A stretch of DNA of 64,000 bases from Sedimentisphaerales bacterium (lineage in GTDB: Bacteria > Planctomycetota > Phycisphaerae > Sedimentisphaerales > SM23-30), in the NCBI GenBank assembly GCA_963663805.2, contig CAXXMR010000020.1, positions 96,001 through 160,000 of the forward strand. The letters are read 5' to 3'. The position numbers and the translations under genes are program-made. The notes under the pieces were generated by a model that was not told the DNA's origin, ran no database searches, and saw only the letters and a program-made list of their open reading frames with translations. Of the stretch, positions 19,293 to 30,080 are shown piece by piece. Numbering within the stretch: the first letter of the stretch is position 1; each line of letters opens with the position of its first letter.

Positions 19293-22200
19293 TCAGGGTT
19301 CGTGCCAGGCGGTTTCTTTGAGCCAGTAGTCGCAGAAAATCATGAGGTCTATGGAGTCTACGGTTCCGTCGTGGTTAAGGTCGCCGGTGAGGTCTGTTCC
19401 GGTTAGCGTCCAGTTGTTGGAAATTCCAGTGAAGTCGGCGATATTCACTGTACCGTCATTGGTCAGGTCGGGCAGGAGCTGCCATCCGTTGGGGCATACG
19501 CTTGCTTCTGAAGAGCCGCCGTAGCAGCCGACGTTTACTCTAACGTTTTGACCGGTGACAAAGTTGGGGTCGTTGACACTGATAATCAGTGATTCTTCTC
19601 CGAGGTTGGCACCGGGGTTGCCGGCATCAATACAGGGGCTGGTGGTTGGGTCGGCAATCCATTGCCCCAGTTGCGGGTCCCATCTTCCGGCATCGCTGGT
19701 GAGATGATAATCACCGGGTGCCCAGATGTCATCGGAAGGGTCTAGCGGCGTGTTGGGGTCGTGCCATGAACCAGAGTTGGCAAAGCCGGGGTCAAGATTC
19801 ATGTTTCCGATTCCCTGGCCGGGATAAGGCATGCCCTGAATGCACGCGAAGTAGTTTTCGGTGTCAGCGTTTATGGCAGTAACCTGGGCCTGGTAACTTG
19901 CGCCGCTCAGGTCGAGGTTGTGGTAGATAATGGTATTGTTGATTTTGGGTGTGATGTATCTGAGGTAGAGGCCTGCGGCTTGATGAGCGTGGTTGCCGGC
20001 GATTGTGCAGTGATTGAGGTCGAGTTGGCCGTTGATGAAATAGAGGGCTGCTCCGGTATCAGCGTAGTTTCCGGCAAAGAGTGAATGCTTGATGTTTGTT
20101 TGGGCTTCGCTGTTGACTGAATAGATTACCCCGCCGGTGTCTCCTGCGTAGTTTTCAGTAAATGTGCAATTATTGATGGTCGAGGTGATCGTGCCGTTGG
20201 TGGGGTCGTAAATAACTCCTCCGCAGAATAATGCGACGTTGTTGGAAAATTCGCAGGAGTCAAAAGATACCTGGCTGAACCAGTTTCGGGAAGCTCCGCC
20301 GTTAGCCTGAGCGTAATTATTTTGGAACGTGCAGTTTTCAAAGGCAACAGTGGAGAAGTTATTGGCAACCGCCGCACCTTCTAAAAAAGCCTGGTTGTCA
20401 ATAAATTCGCAGGTACTGATAGTCAGTTCGGAGTATTTATTAAAAATTGCCGCACCACATCTGGCAAAATTATTAACAAAAGTGCAATTATTGATGACCG
20501 GTTGACCATCGTCGATGTACAAACCGCCTCCTCTGTCATTGCCGTCTGCGTCAGCTCTACCGCTGGTGATGGTTACTTTGTCAAGAATGGTGCCGCCGGT
20601 ATTTTGCAGCGAGGTGACGACGTGATAAGCATTATCGCAGGTTGTTTCGGGTAGGTTGGGGTCGTCATCTCTGAGCAGGTCGCCGCTTAATATTGTTTGG
20701 TAATCATTGGGGTCGGTACGATCTGACCAGCTTCCGCCATTGGGCGGGAATCCTCCGTAGATGGCGATATCATCAACCAGTTCGAATGTAGATTCCCTGT
20801 TTCCGGTGTTTCTGTCTGGGTAATAGGTTCCGGCGGCGATTCTGATTTCGGTTATGTCTTCGGAGTTATCGCGGGCTTCGTCGAGGGCGTCCTGTAAATC
20901 GTTATAGGCGGTTATCCAGCTTTGGCCGTTGCCGCCATCGGGGGCGTTGGCACGTACCATTCTTTCGTCTGGAATTGGAGCGAGCTTGACAGACGGGTCT
21001 CCGTAAATATTGAATACGACAAAGTTCATCCATAGTTCAGACTGCTCGGGTACGAGATATTGTTTGATTTCCGCGAGGGCTCTTCCGCCGGTTTGCCGGC
21101 CGTTGACAAGCTGTCTGGCATATTCGTAGCACATTCCCGAATTGGTAGACTCTCCGGCAAAATTCACTCTGCCGGGCATGTACCACGACACCCTGGTGGC
21201 GGCGACGGCGTTGATCGCACCATTTTTGAGAAGCTCGAATGCGAGGTTATTATGAGTTTCAGGATGAGCATTGAGGCAGGAGCACTGAAAAACAAAGCTG
21301 GGATAATTGTCGTTCAGGTCCTGAACACCGTTGACGTCTATTACTCCATCGGCAGAGGTTTCCAGGCCGTGTGTCCACCACAAGGCTAACCCGAATGGAC
21401 TGGTGCTCCAGGTGTTGATGACGTTTGGCATGTTGCAGGGCATGGTTTCCGGGGTGGGTGAAACTCCGGACGCGAGAGTATCATAGATTCGATGGCTGGG
21501 CCAAACATCCGGGTCAAGTATTTCGTTTTTGATTTCCTCACCCAGATGATAGCCGGGAGTGCTGGAGTCGCTGGGCACCATCATCAGCAGAACATTTTGT
21601 CGCCAATCGGTTTGATTGTTCGGAGTCGATTCATAGTTAATAGTTTTGAGGAGAATCTTATCCAGGTTGTATATTGAACCGTAGAAGGGAATCCTGCCAA
21701 CTTGTACTTCCCAGAATCGGTCGATACCATCGGTGACCAGCAAGGCACCTCTCTGACTATCTTCGGGGTGATTGAGGTCGTCGCGGAATTCGCCGTAGAC
21801 GCCGTCGCCGTCGGCATCCCAATTGCCAGTCAGGTCGGAATAGTAATAATCCGAAGGGGCTTCTTTGTACATCGGGTTGGTGGTGGCGTTAAATCTGGGC
21901 CAGAGCATTTTCATCGGTACGTAGCCTTCGTTGGGGTCGGGATTGCCGATGAGGAGTGCGTATTCAATATTGTCAATAAGGTAATGATTTTTGAGCCAGG
22001 TGCGGATATTATCGGCGGCCTGGTCGCCTGTTTCCGTTCCGAAATCGTTTTCGGTAACAACCTGGACATTAAAGCCGAGGTCTTCTTTGTGAGCGACAAA
22101 ATTATCCAGTTGATTGGAATTGTCTACAATATATTGGCTGGTGATAATCGCCAGGCCGATGCCGGAGCTAGATGCTTCCAGTGGGTCCGGAGATGATTGG

Positions 22201-22943
22201 CTCATCATGGAAATGGGGCTGAGGCCTGACTGTTGATAAAAAGACCGGGCCTGATCGAAATTCGAGGTGATTTGCTGTACGGCTGTTTCGGCATAGTAGC
22301 TGTCGTCCGCCAACAGCTGTTGGGCGGCTTGGCTGTAAGCCACTATGGCGGGCTGGTAGCGAACCGCGAGTTCGGCATCCTGAAGAACAAGCAGTTCTTT
22401 GGTAACCGGATTGTATCTTGCCAGAGGTACGGCCACCTGGGCCAATTTCCACTTCCTGAGCTTTCCGAAAGTCACAAAGACCGGTTTGGGTTCGGGCCAG
22501 AGTGCGTTATTTTCATAAATATCTATGTCATAGCCATTTACTATGTTAGCATTTTCGGGCCAGATTGCGATTTCCTGGTTATCGGCCCAAGTAATGATCG
22601 GTGGGGTGGGCTGAATATCGCCCTGAAGTCCAGCGGGGAGGTACTGGACTTGTTCAAATCGGGTGGAGAGGGTTGAATCGTCGGCGTCTGGGGGCAGGAG
22701 GACGGTGATAACCTGCCAAGGGATTTGGGGTTGGCCGGCCTGGTTTAGATATTGGGACTCTTTGGTGGCAAACTGAAAGCTGTTTTGTCCATCGATCGAG
22801 GCTGTGACAAAAATGTCACAAGTATTGTCGGTAAGATTCTGGTCTTCGGTTCCGGTAATAATATTCAGCGTCGCGGCTGGCAGGCCAAGGGTCGCGATAA
22901 GGTTCGCAACTGCCGCAAAGATTAGAATATGAGTTTTTTTCAT
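19293..22943 (-). CDS. Secreted C25 (gingipain-like) peptidase with beta-helix and dockerin-like C-terminus
   Basis: Signal peptide; SDYYY.DL, VGRIP, THG...SC dyad; GGA/FxxN repeats; DL..DG.V...D motifs. Confidence 0.85.
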   Translation of the reverse strand: MKKTHILIFAAVANLIATLGLPAATLNIITGTEDQNLTDNTCDIFVTASIDGQNSFQFATKESQYLNQAGQPQIPWQVITVLLPPDADDSTLSTRFEQVQYLPAGLQGDIQPTPPIITWADNQEIAIWPENANIVNGYDIDIYENNALWPEPKPVFVTFGKLRKWKLAQVAVPLARYNPVTKELLVLQDAELAVRYQPAIVAYSQAAQQLLADDSYYAETAVQQITSNFDQARSFYQQSGLSPISMMSQSSPDPLEASSSGIGLAIITSQYIVDNSNQLDNFVAHKEDLGFNVQVVTENDFGTETGDQAADNIRTWLKNHYLIDNIEYALLIGNPDPNEGYVPMKMLWPRFNATTNPMYKEAPSDYYYSDLTGNWDADGDGVYGEFRDDLNHPEDSQRGALLVTDGIDRFWEVQVGRIPFYGSIYNLDKILLKTINYESTPNNQTDWRQNVLLMMVPSDSSTPGYHLGEEIKNEILDPDVWPSHRIYDTLASGVSPTPETMPCNMPNVINTWSTSPFGLALWWTHGLETSADGVIDVNGVQDLNDNYPSFVFQCSCLNAHPETHNNLAFELLKNGAINAVAATRVSWYMPGRVNFAGESTNSGMCYEYARQLVNGRQTGGRALAEIKQYLVPEQSELWMNFVVFNIYGDPSVKLAPIPDERMVRANAPDGGNGQSWITAYNDLQDALDEARDNSEDITEIRIAAGTYYPDRNTGNRESTFELVDDIAIYGGFPPNGGSWSDRTDPNDYQTILSGDLLRDDDPNLPETTCDNAYHVVTSLQNTGGTILDKVTITSGRADADGNDRGGGLYIDDGQPVINNCTFVNNFARCGAAIFNKYSELTISTCEFIDNQAFLEGAAVANNFSTVAFENCTFQNNYAQANGGASRNWFSQVSFDSCEFSNNVALFCGGVIYDPTNGTITSTINNCTFTENYAGDTGGVIYSVNSEAQTNIKHSLFAGNYADTGAALYFINGQLDLNHCTIAGNHAHQAAGLYLRYITPKINNTIIYHNLDLSGASYQAQVTAINADTENYFACIQGMPYPGQGIGNMNLDPGFANSGSWHDPNTPLDPSDDIWAPGDYHLTSDAGRWDPQLGQWIADPTTSPCIDAGNPGANLGEESLIISVNDPNFVTGQNVRVNVGCYGGSSEASVCPNGWQLLPDLTNDGTVNIADFTGISNNWTLTGTDLTGDLNHDGTVDSIDLMIFCDYWLKETAWHEP

Positions 22944-23596
22944 AGTTACCGCCGAATCCGATGGCCAACTTTCGCCAATGCCTTTTTAAAGGCGGCATTA
23001 CGCGAGACTTGCCCAATTTCCGGCCACAGCCGGAATGTTGCCTCTCGAACTCAACCCTTTGTCTCCAAACGACATAAAAAAATAAATATGTGGTCATTTG
23101 GTCAAATCTGAGCGGGTGAGCCTAAAGTTGCGAAGCAAATTGCCTATTTTAACTTTTTCGGTCTTCTACAGGCAGGCTTCTGGCAACCGATCCAGGGGTA
23201 TAAGAATAATAAAATTATTTCAAAAAAAATACCGGATACCCAGTCAGTCGCTTGCCATTACTAATAATACGTTTAACTCATTATAGCAGTTCATGTTTTT
23301 CTTAAAAAAATAAAAATAAAAAAATGTCTAAAATTTAGTATTTTTTTCAGCTATTACATACAAAAAACGACATTATAGGTCTTTTATTGTCTGAATTTAT
23401 TCAAACAAAAAAAGATTCTGGTCGTATTAGTCTCAGGTGATTTGGTATTACCTGTTGCCATATAACCATTTATTGGGTTAATCGGCATAATCAGCACTGG
23501 GTTGCCCACATTTGGTTATTTTTGTGGGACTTTAGGGCCGATAACTTAATTTAGTTATTTATAAGGGCTTATCAATACTGATAAAGGTTTTTTGGT

Positions 23597-23626
23597 TTGA
23601 CAAATAGGGTGTTTCTGGTGTACACT
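23597..23626 (+). promoter_or_regulatory. Sigma70-like promoter
   Basis: TTGACA-18 nt-TACACT after an AT-rich region. Confidence 0.55.
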
Positions 23627-24033
23627 TACTCAAACGTCGGTTTGGCCGTCAAGGATGACTGTGCTTCAAATCTGAAGCTTCCGGCGGCTCAAGGGAGTTC
23701 TGGAAAGGATTTACGGTTGGCGATGGGAGGCCAGGGGGGTATGCCTTCCTCCGGCCAGCGGCGAATTGTTGTGTTTCAGGATGATTCCTGGGAAGCGGAG
23801 AGTTGATTGAGGAAGTTTTTTGGATTCTACCATTAGTCAGTTGTGCGGTATTTTCGCGGCAGAGGCGATTGCTTAGTTTTTTCTGCTGAGGGAGTTTCCG
23901 CGTTTTTTTGTTGTAGTGTCGTTTGGATGTAATTTTGTAAAAAGCTCACGGATTGGGAGATTATTAGTTGTATTCCGGTTGGAGTTTCAAGGATGTCCGG
24001 GCCGGAACCTTAAGTAGTATGGAAGGGTGAAAG

Positions 24034-25137
24034 ATGTTGAGAAGTATAGCTTTATGTTTGGCTGCACTGGTATGTTTGTCCAGCAGTGTGTTTGCCCAGT
24101 TGGACAATGATGTCTGTGGTGACGCGGCGGCGATGATTTATGGTAAAGTCTACGCTGGCACCACGGTTGATTCTGTGGACGAGGGTATTTTTACCGCGGG
24201 CTGCGATGCGGCTTACACCAAAGATGTTTGGTATTCCTACAGCACTGCCGTTGCCGGCAAGTACAGTGTGGATGTGACGGGCGTCCAGGATGTTTCTTTG
24301 GCGATCTATGATTCCTGCGGGAACGTGAACCCCATCGCCTGTGACGTGAGTTACTATGGTGTGTCAACTCAAGCCCGGACCCTGGTTGATTTTGCCGCTG
24401 GCCCGACCTATTATATCAGAGTAGCTTCCATGGTTGGTCAAGAAGATGCTTTTGATATTAGTGTTTCGATGGCTGCGGATATAGAGCTCGATGGTGTTAT
24501 TGACATCGCGGATTTTGAGATTTTGGCTGATGAATGGCTGGCGGGCACTCCCGCCGGTGACGTTCCCAGTCGTACCGACATTGAGCCTGTTGCCGCTAAC
24601 GGTGACCAGATTATCGACCTGTTCGATTTCGCTGGTTTGGCTGGTGCATGGGGCCAGACGCCGGGCGCAACAAATTTGATTACAATCAACGTTATTGGTG
24701 ACGGCACAGTTGAGCCGGCTGCCGGTAGCTATACCTACTGGTCAGGAGATGTAATTAACCTTACCGCTACTCCCGGCAATGATATGGGTTTGAAGTACTG
24801 GAGTGGTACTGATGATGACGCCCACACTGGGCTGACCAACATTCATACTGTAGCCGGCAATGCTACCATTACGGTTGTATTTGGCCCGATGTTTATGTTG
24901 ACCACTAAAGTCCATTATACCGGCCATGGTACAATCGACCCTATCGCTCTGCCGACTACTCACGAGTATGTAGAAGGTACGGTAGTGACGGTTTCAGGTT
25001 TTCCCAATCCGGGTTATCAGGTAGCGACCGGCGGTTTAGGCTGGTTTGGCACTGACGATGATTCGCTTTCGACTCCGACCAATACGGTTACGATGAATGC
25101 GAACCATTATGTTGAGGTTCGGTTCGAGAAGAAGTAA
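24034..25137 (+). CDS. Secreted protein with dockerin-like motifs and two divergent InlB B (Flg_new_2-like) repeats
   Basis: Signal peptide; DG.IDI.DF; LTATP.....W.GTDDD...V.F. Confidence 0.75.
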   Translation: MLRSIALCLAALVCLSSSVFAQLDNDVCGDAAAMIYGKVYAGTTVDSVDEGIFTAGCDAAYTKDVWYSYSTAVAGKYSVDVTGVQDVSLAIYDSCGNVNPIACDVSYYGVSTQARTLVDFAAGPTYYIRVASMVGQEDAFDISVSMAADIELDGVIDIADFEILADEWLAGTPAGDVPSRTDIEPVAANGDQIIDLFDFAGLAGAWGQTPGATNLITINVIGDGTVEPAAGSYTYWSGDVINLTATPGNDMGLKYWSGTDDDAHTGLTNIHTVAGNATITVVFGPMFMLTTKVHYTGHGTIDPIALPTTHEYVEGTVVTVSGFPNPGYQVATGGLGWFGTDDDSLSTPTNTVTMNANHYVEVRFEKK

Positions 25138-25276
25138 CCGGTGTGAAATTGAAATAATAGTTTGCGATAGTAGAGTTGGTCTGTTATATATTCCGACTTC
25201 AGTATAAAATCGTGGCTGTATTAACTGTAAATGTGACAGGGATAGTTTTTGCCCACTAGAGAGAAAGGGTGTCGGC

Positions 25277-28200
25277 ATGAAGAAGATGAGATTTTTATTA
25301 AGTTTAACGTTGGTATTGAGTCTGGCTGTGTTTACGAGCAGTTGGGCTGCCGTCAATGGTCCTGAAGACCCGGCGGTTGATTTGGTGAATAATGATTTCG
25401 CTGGTCGTGAGATTTTGCCCGCGGGTGAAGTTTCGGTAGTTGGCTATGATATTGAAGGTTCAATTTCGCCTGATACCTATATGGGTGCTTTTGATGAGAA
25501 CTGGATATTGATACCGGGTGCCACAAATGACGATATTGTCCCCGGCAACACCGCCAGTGCTTTGACCGGCATTGTTGTGAATGTTGCGGACAAATCAATC
25601 AATCTGATGGTTACCGGTTATCCTGATGACGATGATGATTTTGACGGTATGAACAGTTTTGTTCACGACCCAACTCTGGGGCCCCATGAGCAAAAGGGCT
25701 GGTTTGAGGTAGACGTTGTTATTTATGACAGTGCCGACCCGGCTACAATTTTGGATACTTTCACGTTTGGTCCGGCTCAGTTGACTCCCGGCAATGTTGT
25801 TCCGCTTTCTGGAATTACCGAGGCTGTGGGTGCTGACCTGCGTTTTGACGCCACGGTAAACAATCAGCTTGATGATATTGTTGGTGATGACCCTATCGAC
25901 TATTTCGAGTTTAATGGTTTGGTCGCCGGTGCGCCTTTCACTGCTGCGGTATCACTGGGTGATTTGAGTGCGGTTCTGACCTGGTTTGATGAAAACGGCG
26001 GTGTTTTGCTTAGTGATACGGGTGACATTACAGTACCGTCCTGGCCCAGTGTTGGCGGCGGTATCGGCGATGTTGTTCCCGCGGACGGTCGGATTATTCT
26101 GGGCGTTACGGGTGTCCCTACTGCCGGTTATGGGCCTTTTGATGGTCACCATCGCGAGAGTACAATTGGTATTTTGCCTTATGATCTCGACGTTACGGTT
26201 GATACCAGTGGTGGTAGTGTTCGTACCTTGGCGCTGAATGTGAACGGCGGCAATGGTACTCTGGCCGCTGAGGGCGGCAATGACCATGATTATTATGATG
26301 ATGGTGTGACGCCGATAGTGGTTAATCTGACCGCTACTCCGTCCGCTCATTACAAAGTTGAAAGTTGGACTGGTACTGACAATGACGCTTTGTTGACAAA
26401 TAACAATACTGTTACGATGGATATGAACCAGGCCGTTACGGTTGAATTTGAAAAGATTCAGGCTCTGTTGATTACAGGTGTTTCCGGTTCGGAAAAACAC
26501 GGTACCCTTTCACCTGCGACGGGTATGGTTTATGCCGGTACGGTTGTTACTCTGGTTGCGACCCCTGAAGAGGGTTATGTGGTCGATTTCTGGGCCAACA
26601 CAGACAATGACAATCTGAAATCGAATGAGAATACGATTACTATCGCTAACAGCGATGATTATGATAGTGGTATTCCGGTTACCGTTAGCGTTGAGTTCAA
26701 GAAAGACGTTGACCGTTACCAGTTGAATACTTCGGTGGTTGGCTCTGGTACTTTGACTCCGGCAAGCGGCATACAGGTCGCTTCCACTCAGGTAGCTCTG
26801 GTTGCGACTCCGGCTGAAGGCTGGCGGGTGAAGAGCTGGACCGGTACCAATAACGATGAATCTGTCGCCGAAGATAATGCTGTGACGATGACCAGTGCGA
26901 AGTCTGTGGTCGTTGAGTTTGAACAGATTCCGCCGAGCTATCAGTTGGCTGTTTCGGTCGCTGGTGGCGAAGGTTCGGTTAATCCGACCGGTGGCACTTT
27001 TGAGTCTGGTACAGAGGTTGCTTTGACCGCTACGCCCGCTACCGGCTGGCGTGTAAAGGCTTGGAGCGGCACCGATAACGATGCTTCGACGGCCAATACT
27101 AATGTTGTTACGATAGATGAATCGAATACTGTCACGGTTGAATTTGAGGCTATTCCGGCCAGTTATACTCTGACCGCTTCGGTTGCAGCCGGCGAAGGGA
27201 CAATCGCCCCGACCAGCGGCAGCTATGAAGACGGTACGATTGTAACCCTGACCGCTACGCCCGCTTCCGGCTGGCGTGTGAAAGTCTGGAGTGGTACTAA
27301 TGATGACGCTTCAGTCGCTGAGACCAACGCCGTTACTATGAATGCGGCCAAGACAGTTTCGGTTGAGTTTGAAGAAATTAATCCTTCTCCGGTTGTTACA
27401 AAGTATGCTCTGAATCTGAGTGTTGCCAGTGGCGAAGGTACTGTAAGTGCCGACCCGGCTGGTGAAGTCAGTGGTGACGATGTAGTTTATGACCCCAATA
27501 CCGTTATTACTTTCACCGCGGTTCCGACCGAGGGGTGGCAGGTTGATGTTTGGGTTGGTGCGACCGCTGGTGCCGGCAATACCGCCACTTTGACGATGCC
27601 CGCTGCTGAAGCCACTGTTACGGTTTCGTTCGTGCGGATTCCTGACGCTTCGATGGCTGTGGATGCGATGAAAATCAAGGTTGATAAGGATCGTATGGAT
27701 CACCAGGACAGCCTGGAATTCGAAGGTGTATTTGGGGCGACCTCCGCTCAGTTGTTAGCCGCTGATTCGATTATCGTGCGGATTTATGCTGATGACGAAC
27801 TGTTGTTCGCTTCGGCTGAAATCGCGGTTTCGGCTGACAATTACAACAATAGCAAGAATGCCTACAGCTATGATAACAAAGTTGGTAAAGACGACCCGGG
27901 CGCGGTATCTGAGATTGATTTTGACTTTGAAGATGGCGAATTCTCGGTTGAAATCGACAATGCCGACCTGACTGGTTTTGTTGCCCCGATTACCGTTGAA
28001 ATCGAGTTCGGCGAATACTATGGTTACGATGATGTTTCCGCCGCTGAGATCAACAAGGGCAAGGAATTGCCGATTGGTCTGCTGATGGGTGCCGAAGACA
28101 CTCTGGCGGTAAGTAAGTTCAAGACCTACGAAGACGGCGATAAGTTCAGTGCCAGCGGCACGATTACTGTTGCTGACTTCCCGGTCGATCTGACTGATGA

Positions 28201-28438
28201 AGCGGTAACGGTCACCTGGGCCGGTACGGCTTTTGAGTTGGCCGTCGGTGACTTCGCTCAGAGCGGCAGCAAGCCCAAGTACAAAGCTAGTGTCGAGACC
28301 GCCAACGGCGATATTTCGATTACTATTGACCTGTATAAGGGTACCTTCAAGCTGAAGGTCAAGAATGCTGAAGGTCTGGCCACTACCGGTACGCTGGAGA
28401 TTTCGTTCGGCAGCTTTACCGAATCGGTTGACCTGTAA
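25277..28438 (+). CDS. Large secreted/surface protein with six divergent InlB B (Flg_new_2-like) repeats
   Basis: Signal peptide; repeated V.L.ATP..GW.V..W.GT.ND.S....N.VTM....V.VEFE. Confidence 0.8.
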   Translation: MKKMRFLLSLTLVLSLAVFTSSWAAVNGPEDPAVDLVNNDFAGREILPAGEVSVVGYDIEGSISPDTYMGAFDENWILIPGATNDDIVPGNTASALTGIVVNVADKSINLMVTGYPDDDDDFDGMNSFVHDPTLGPHEQKGWFEVDVVIYDSADPATILDTFTFGPAQLTPGNVVPLSGITEAVGADLRFDATVNNQLDDIVGDDPIDYFEFNGLVAGAPFTAAVSLGDLSAVLTWFDENGGVLLSDTGDITVPSWPSVGGGIGDVVPADGRIILGVTGVPTAGYGPFDGHHRESTIGILPYDLDVTVDTSGGSVRTLALNVNGGNGTLAAEGGNDHDYYDDGVTPIVVNLTATPSAHYKVESWTGTDNDALLTNNNTVTMDMNQAVTVEFEKIQALLITGVSGSEKHGTLSPATGMVYAGTVVTLVATPEEGYVVDFWANTDNDNLKSNENTITIANSDDYDSGIPVTVSVEFKKDVDRYQLNTSVVGSGTLTPASGIQVASTQVALVATPAEGWRVKSWTGTNNDESVAEDNAVTMTSAKSVVVEFEQIPPSYQLAVSVAGGEGSVNPTGGTFESGTEVALTATPATGWRVKAWSGTDNDASTANTNVVTIDESNTVTVEFEAIPASYTLTASVAAGEGTIAPTSGSYEDGTIVTLTATPASGWRVKVWSGTNDDASVAETNAVTMNAAKTVSVEFEEINPSPVVTKYALNLSVASGEGTVSADPAGEVSGDDVVYDPNTVITFTAVPTEGWQVDVWVGATAGAGNTATLTMPAAEATVTVSFVRIPDASMAVDAMKIKVDKDRMDHQDSLEFEGVFGATSAQLLAADSIIVRIYADDELLFASAEIAVSADNYNNSKNAYSYDNKVGKDDPGAVSEIDFDFEDGEFSVEIDNADLTGFVAPITVEIEFGEYYGYDDVSAAEINKGKELPIGLLMGAEDTLAVSKFKTYEDGDKFSASGTITVADFPVDLTDEAVTVTWAGTAFELAVGDFAQSGSKPKYKASVETANGDISITIDLYKGTFKLKVKNAEGLATTGTLEISFGSFTESVDL

Positions 28439-28478
28439 GATTTGTGATGCCGGTTGAAAAGCCGTTGATAAGAAGATT

Positions 28479-28515
28479 AAAGACCCTGTCGGAATTTCCG
28501 GCGGGGTCTTTTTTT
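28479..28515 (+). terminator. Rho-independent terminator
   Basis: AAAGACCCTGTCGGA-ATT-TCCGGCGGGGTCTTT followed by a T run. Confidence 0.85.
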
Positions 28516-28591
28516 GTGCCCGGGATAAGTTCATGCTCCAAGAGGCAAAGTCCCCCGCAGGCCTTGATGGGCGGAACCGCGAGTCCGATGA
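28516..28591 (+). ncRNA. Group IIC intron 5' remnant (domain I start)
   Basis: Begins GTGCCCGG directly after the terminator U-tract; AAAGTCC..GCAGGCCTTGATGG..GGAACC resembles class C 5' ends. Confidence 0.55.
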
Positions 28592-28652
28592 TGGTGATTA
28601 GTATTGAAAATGGAGCCAGATTTGCATCGAAATCTGAGCCACTTAGGTTAGT

Positions 28653-30011
28653 AACTCAAACTGACCGATTGAAGGGATTTTGATGGTATTGATAGTTGAA
28701 CAAAAAAGGCCTTTCGAGCCGATAAATGTAGTGCAAACCAACATTTACTGGCAAGGAGGCCTTATGCTTACTATCGGCAAAATTCCTCAAAAAGTCAAAA
28801 CTTTTTTTTGGCCGACCAAAAACACGGTTTCGGCTCACGTTTATTCTTATTATTGCAATATGGTGATTGCTATTTGTATCAGCCACGGTAGTACCATCGA
28901 CAGGCTGGTAAAGCTCTTGCACAATGCTACTCACCGCACCAATCACGGTGAATTTCTTTGGCGCAGTGACTTTGACGAGATGGCTGTGGTTAAAGGTCAG
29001 GCTGTCGGAATGCTCAGTGGTCTCTTCAAAAAAGGATGCAAAGACTGTCTGCTGATTATCGACGACACTCAAACGATCAAGCGGGCCAAGAAGATGCAGG
29101 CGGTCGGCAAGATACATCATCATGCCTCCGGGAAATACTGCATGGGCCATACCATTGTCAAAGCTTGTCTGTTTTACCGAGGCGTAACTATACCTTTGGG
29201 TTCCTGGCTGTACGTCAAAAAAGAACATGTCAAAGAACTTAAGGTTCCCTTCCAAAAACTTACGGAACTGGCCGGGCAAATTGTTCGGACAGCAGAAATT
29301 CCCGAGAAATTTGATGTCACTGTTTTGTTCGATGCGTTCTATCTTTGTCCTGCGGTTGTCAATGCCTGTAAAGCAAGGAAATGGCGTTATATTGGGGTTA
29401 GCAAGTCGAATCGCTGGCTTACCGTTAGTTCGACCAAACATAAGATTGGCAAATACGGTAAGAATATTTTGAACCGAACTGGCAGTTGGCATAGCATTAA
29501 GGGGCTGCGTAAAACCTCCTCCTACAAACTCGCTCAGCGTGCTGGAGTGATGAATAAACTTGGCGAAGTTAAAGTTGTGTTCTCCAAGCGCCGGAACGAT
29601 CGTAATGTGATTGCTCTGGTTACGAACGACCTGCGCTTGTCGACGAAGAAAATTGTCAGCCGCTATCTGAAGCGTTGGGCAATTGAGGTGATGATCAAAG
29701 AACAGAAACAGCATCTGGGACTGGGCGATTACCGTGTTTGGCGGTACCGGGCGATAGTTAGACACCTGTCCCTGGTCGATAGTGCCTATGCCTGCCTGAC
29801 CCATGTTGGCCTGAATGACCAACGTGCACAAGGCCATAAAAACGATACCAAGAATATGCTGTCTGTGCCGCCGATCAGCCAACCCAAAGCTCAAATGCAC
29901 CAGATTGTCTGGAATCAGGAGGTTCAAAATGTTATTAAAGTGTCTCATGATAAAAAAGTTATCCGCCGCCTGGAAAAACTCCTTGCGGCATAAAATCGGT
30001 CAGTTTAAGTT
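28653..30011 (+). mobile_element. IS701-like element, copy 2 (1359 bp)
   Basis: Same IRs as copy 1 (one mismatch); target duplication AGT (or TAGT). Confidence 0.92.
28764..29993 (+). CDS. IS701-like DDE transposase
   Basis: Close paralogue of 12589-13818; RBS AAGGAGG. Confidence 0.9.
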   Translation: MLTIGKIPQKVKTFFWPTKNTVSAHVYSYYCNMVIAICISHGSTIDRLVKLLHNATHRTNHGEFLWRSDFDEMAVVKGQAVGMLSGLFKKGCKDCLLIIDDTQTIKRAKKMQAVGKIHHHASGKYCMGHTIVKACLFYRGVTIPLGSWLYVKKEHVKELKVPFQKLTELAGQIVRTAEIPEKFDVTVLFDAFYLCPAVVNACKARKWRYIGVSKSNRWLTVSSTKHKIGKYGKNILNRTGSWHSIKGLRKTSSYKLAQRAGVMNKLGEVKVVFSKRRNDRNVIALVTNDLRLSTKKIVSRYLKRWAIEVMIKEQKQHLGLGDYRVWRYRAIVRHLSLVDSAYACLTHVGLNDQRAQGHKNDTKNMLSVPPISQPKAQMHQIVWNQEVQNVIKVSHDKKVIRRLEKLLAA

Positions 30012-30080
30012 AGTAAAATAACGCCGATTTCGGCGTTGTCAATAGGGATTCTGGTCCTTTTTCGTTGGATTGAGGCTTTC

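Noticed and set aside
30037..30060. TGTCAATAGG as the IS21 right end, paired with TGACA at 32469-32473
   Set aside because: Only 5 nt match; a much longer inverted repeat pairs 28592 with 32465
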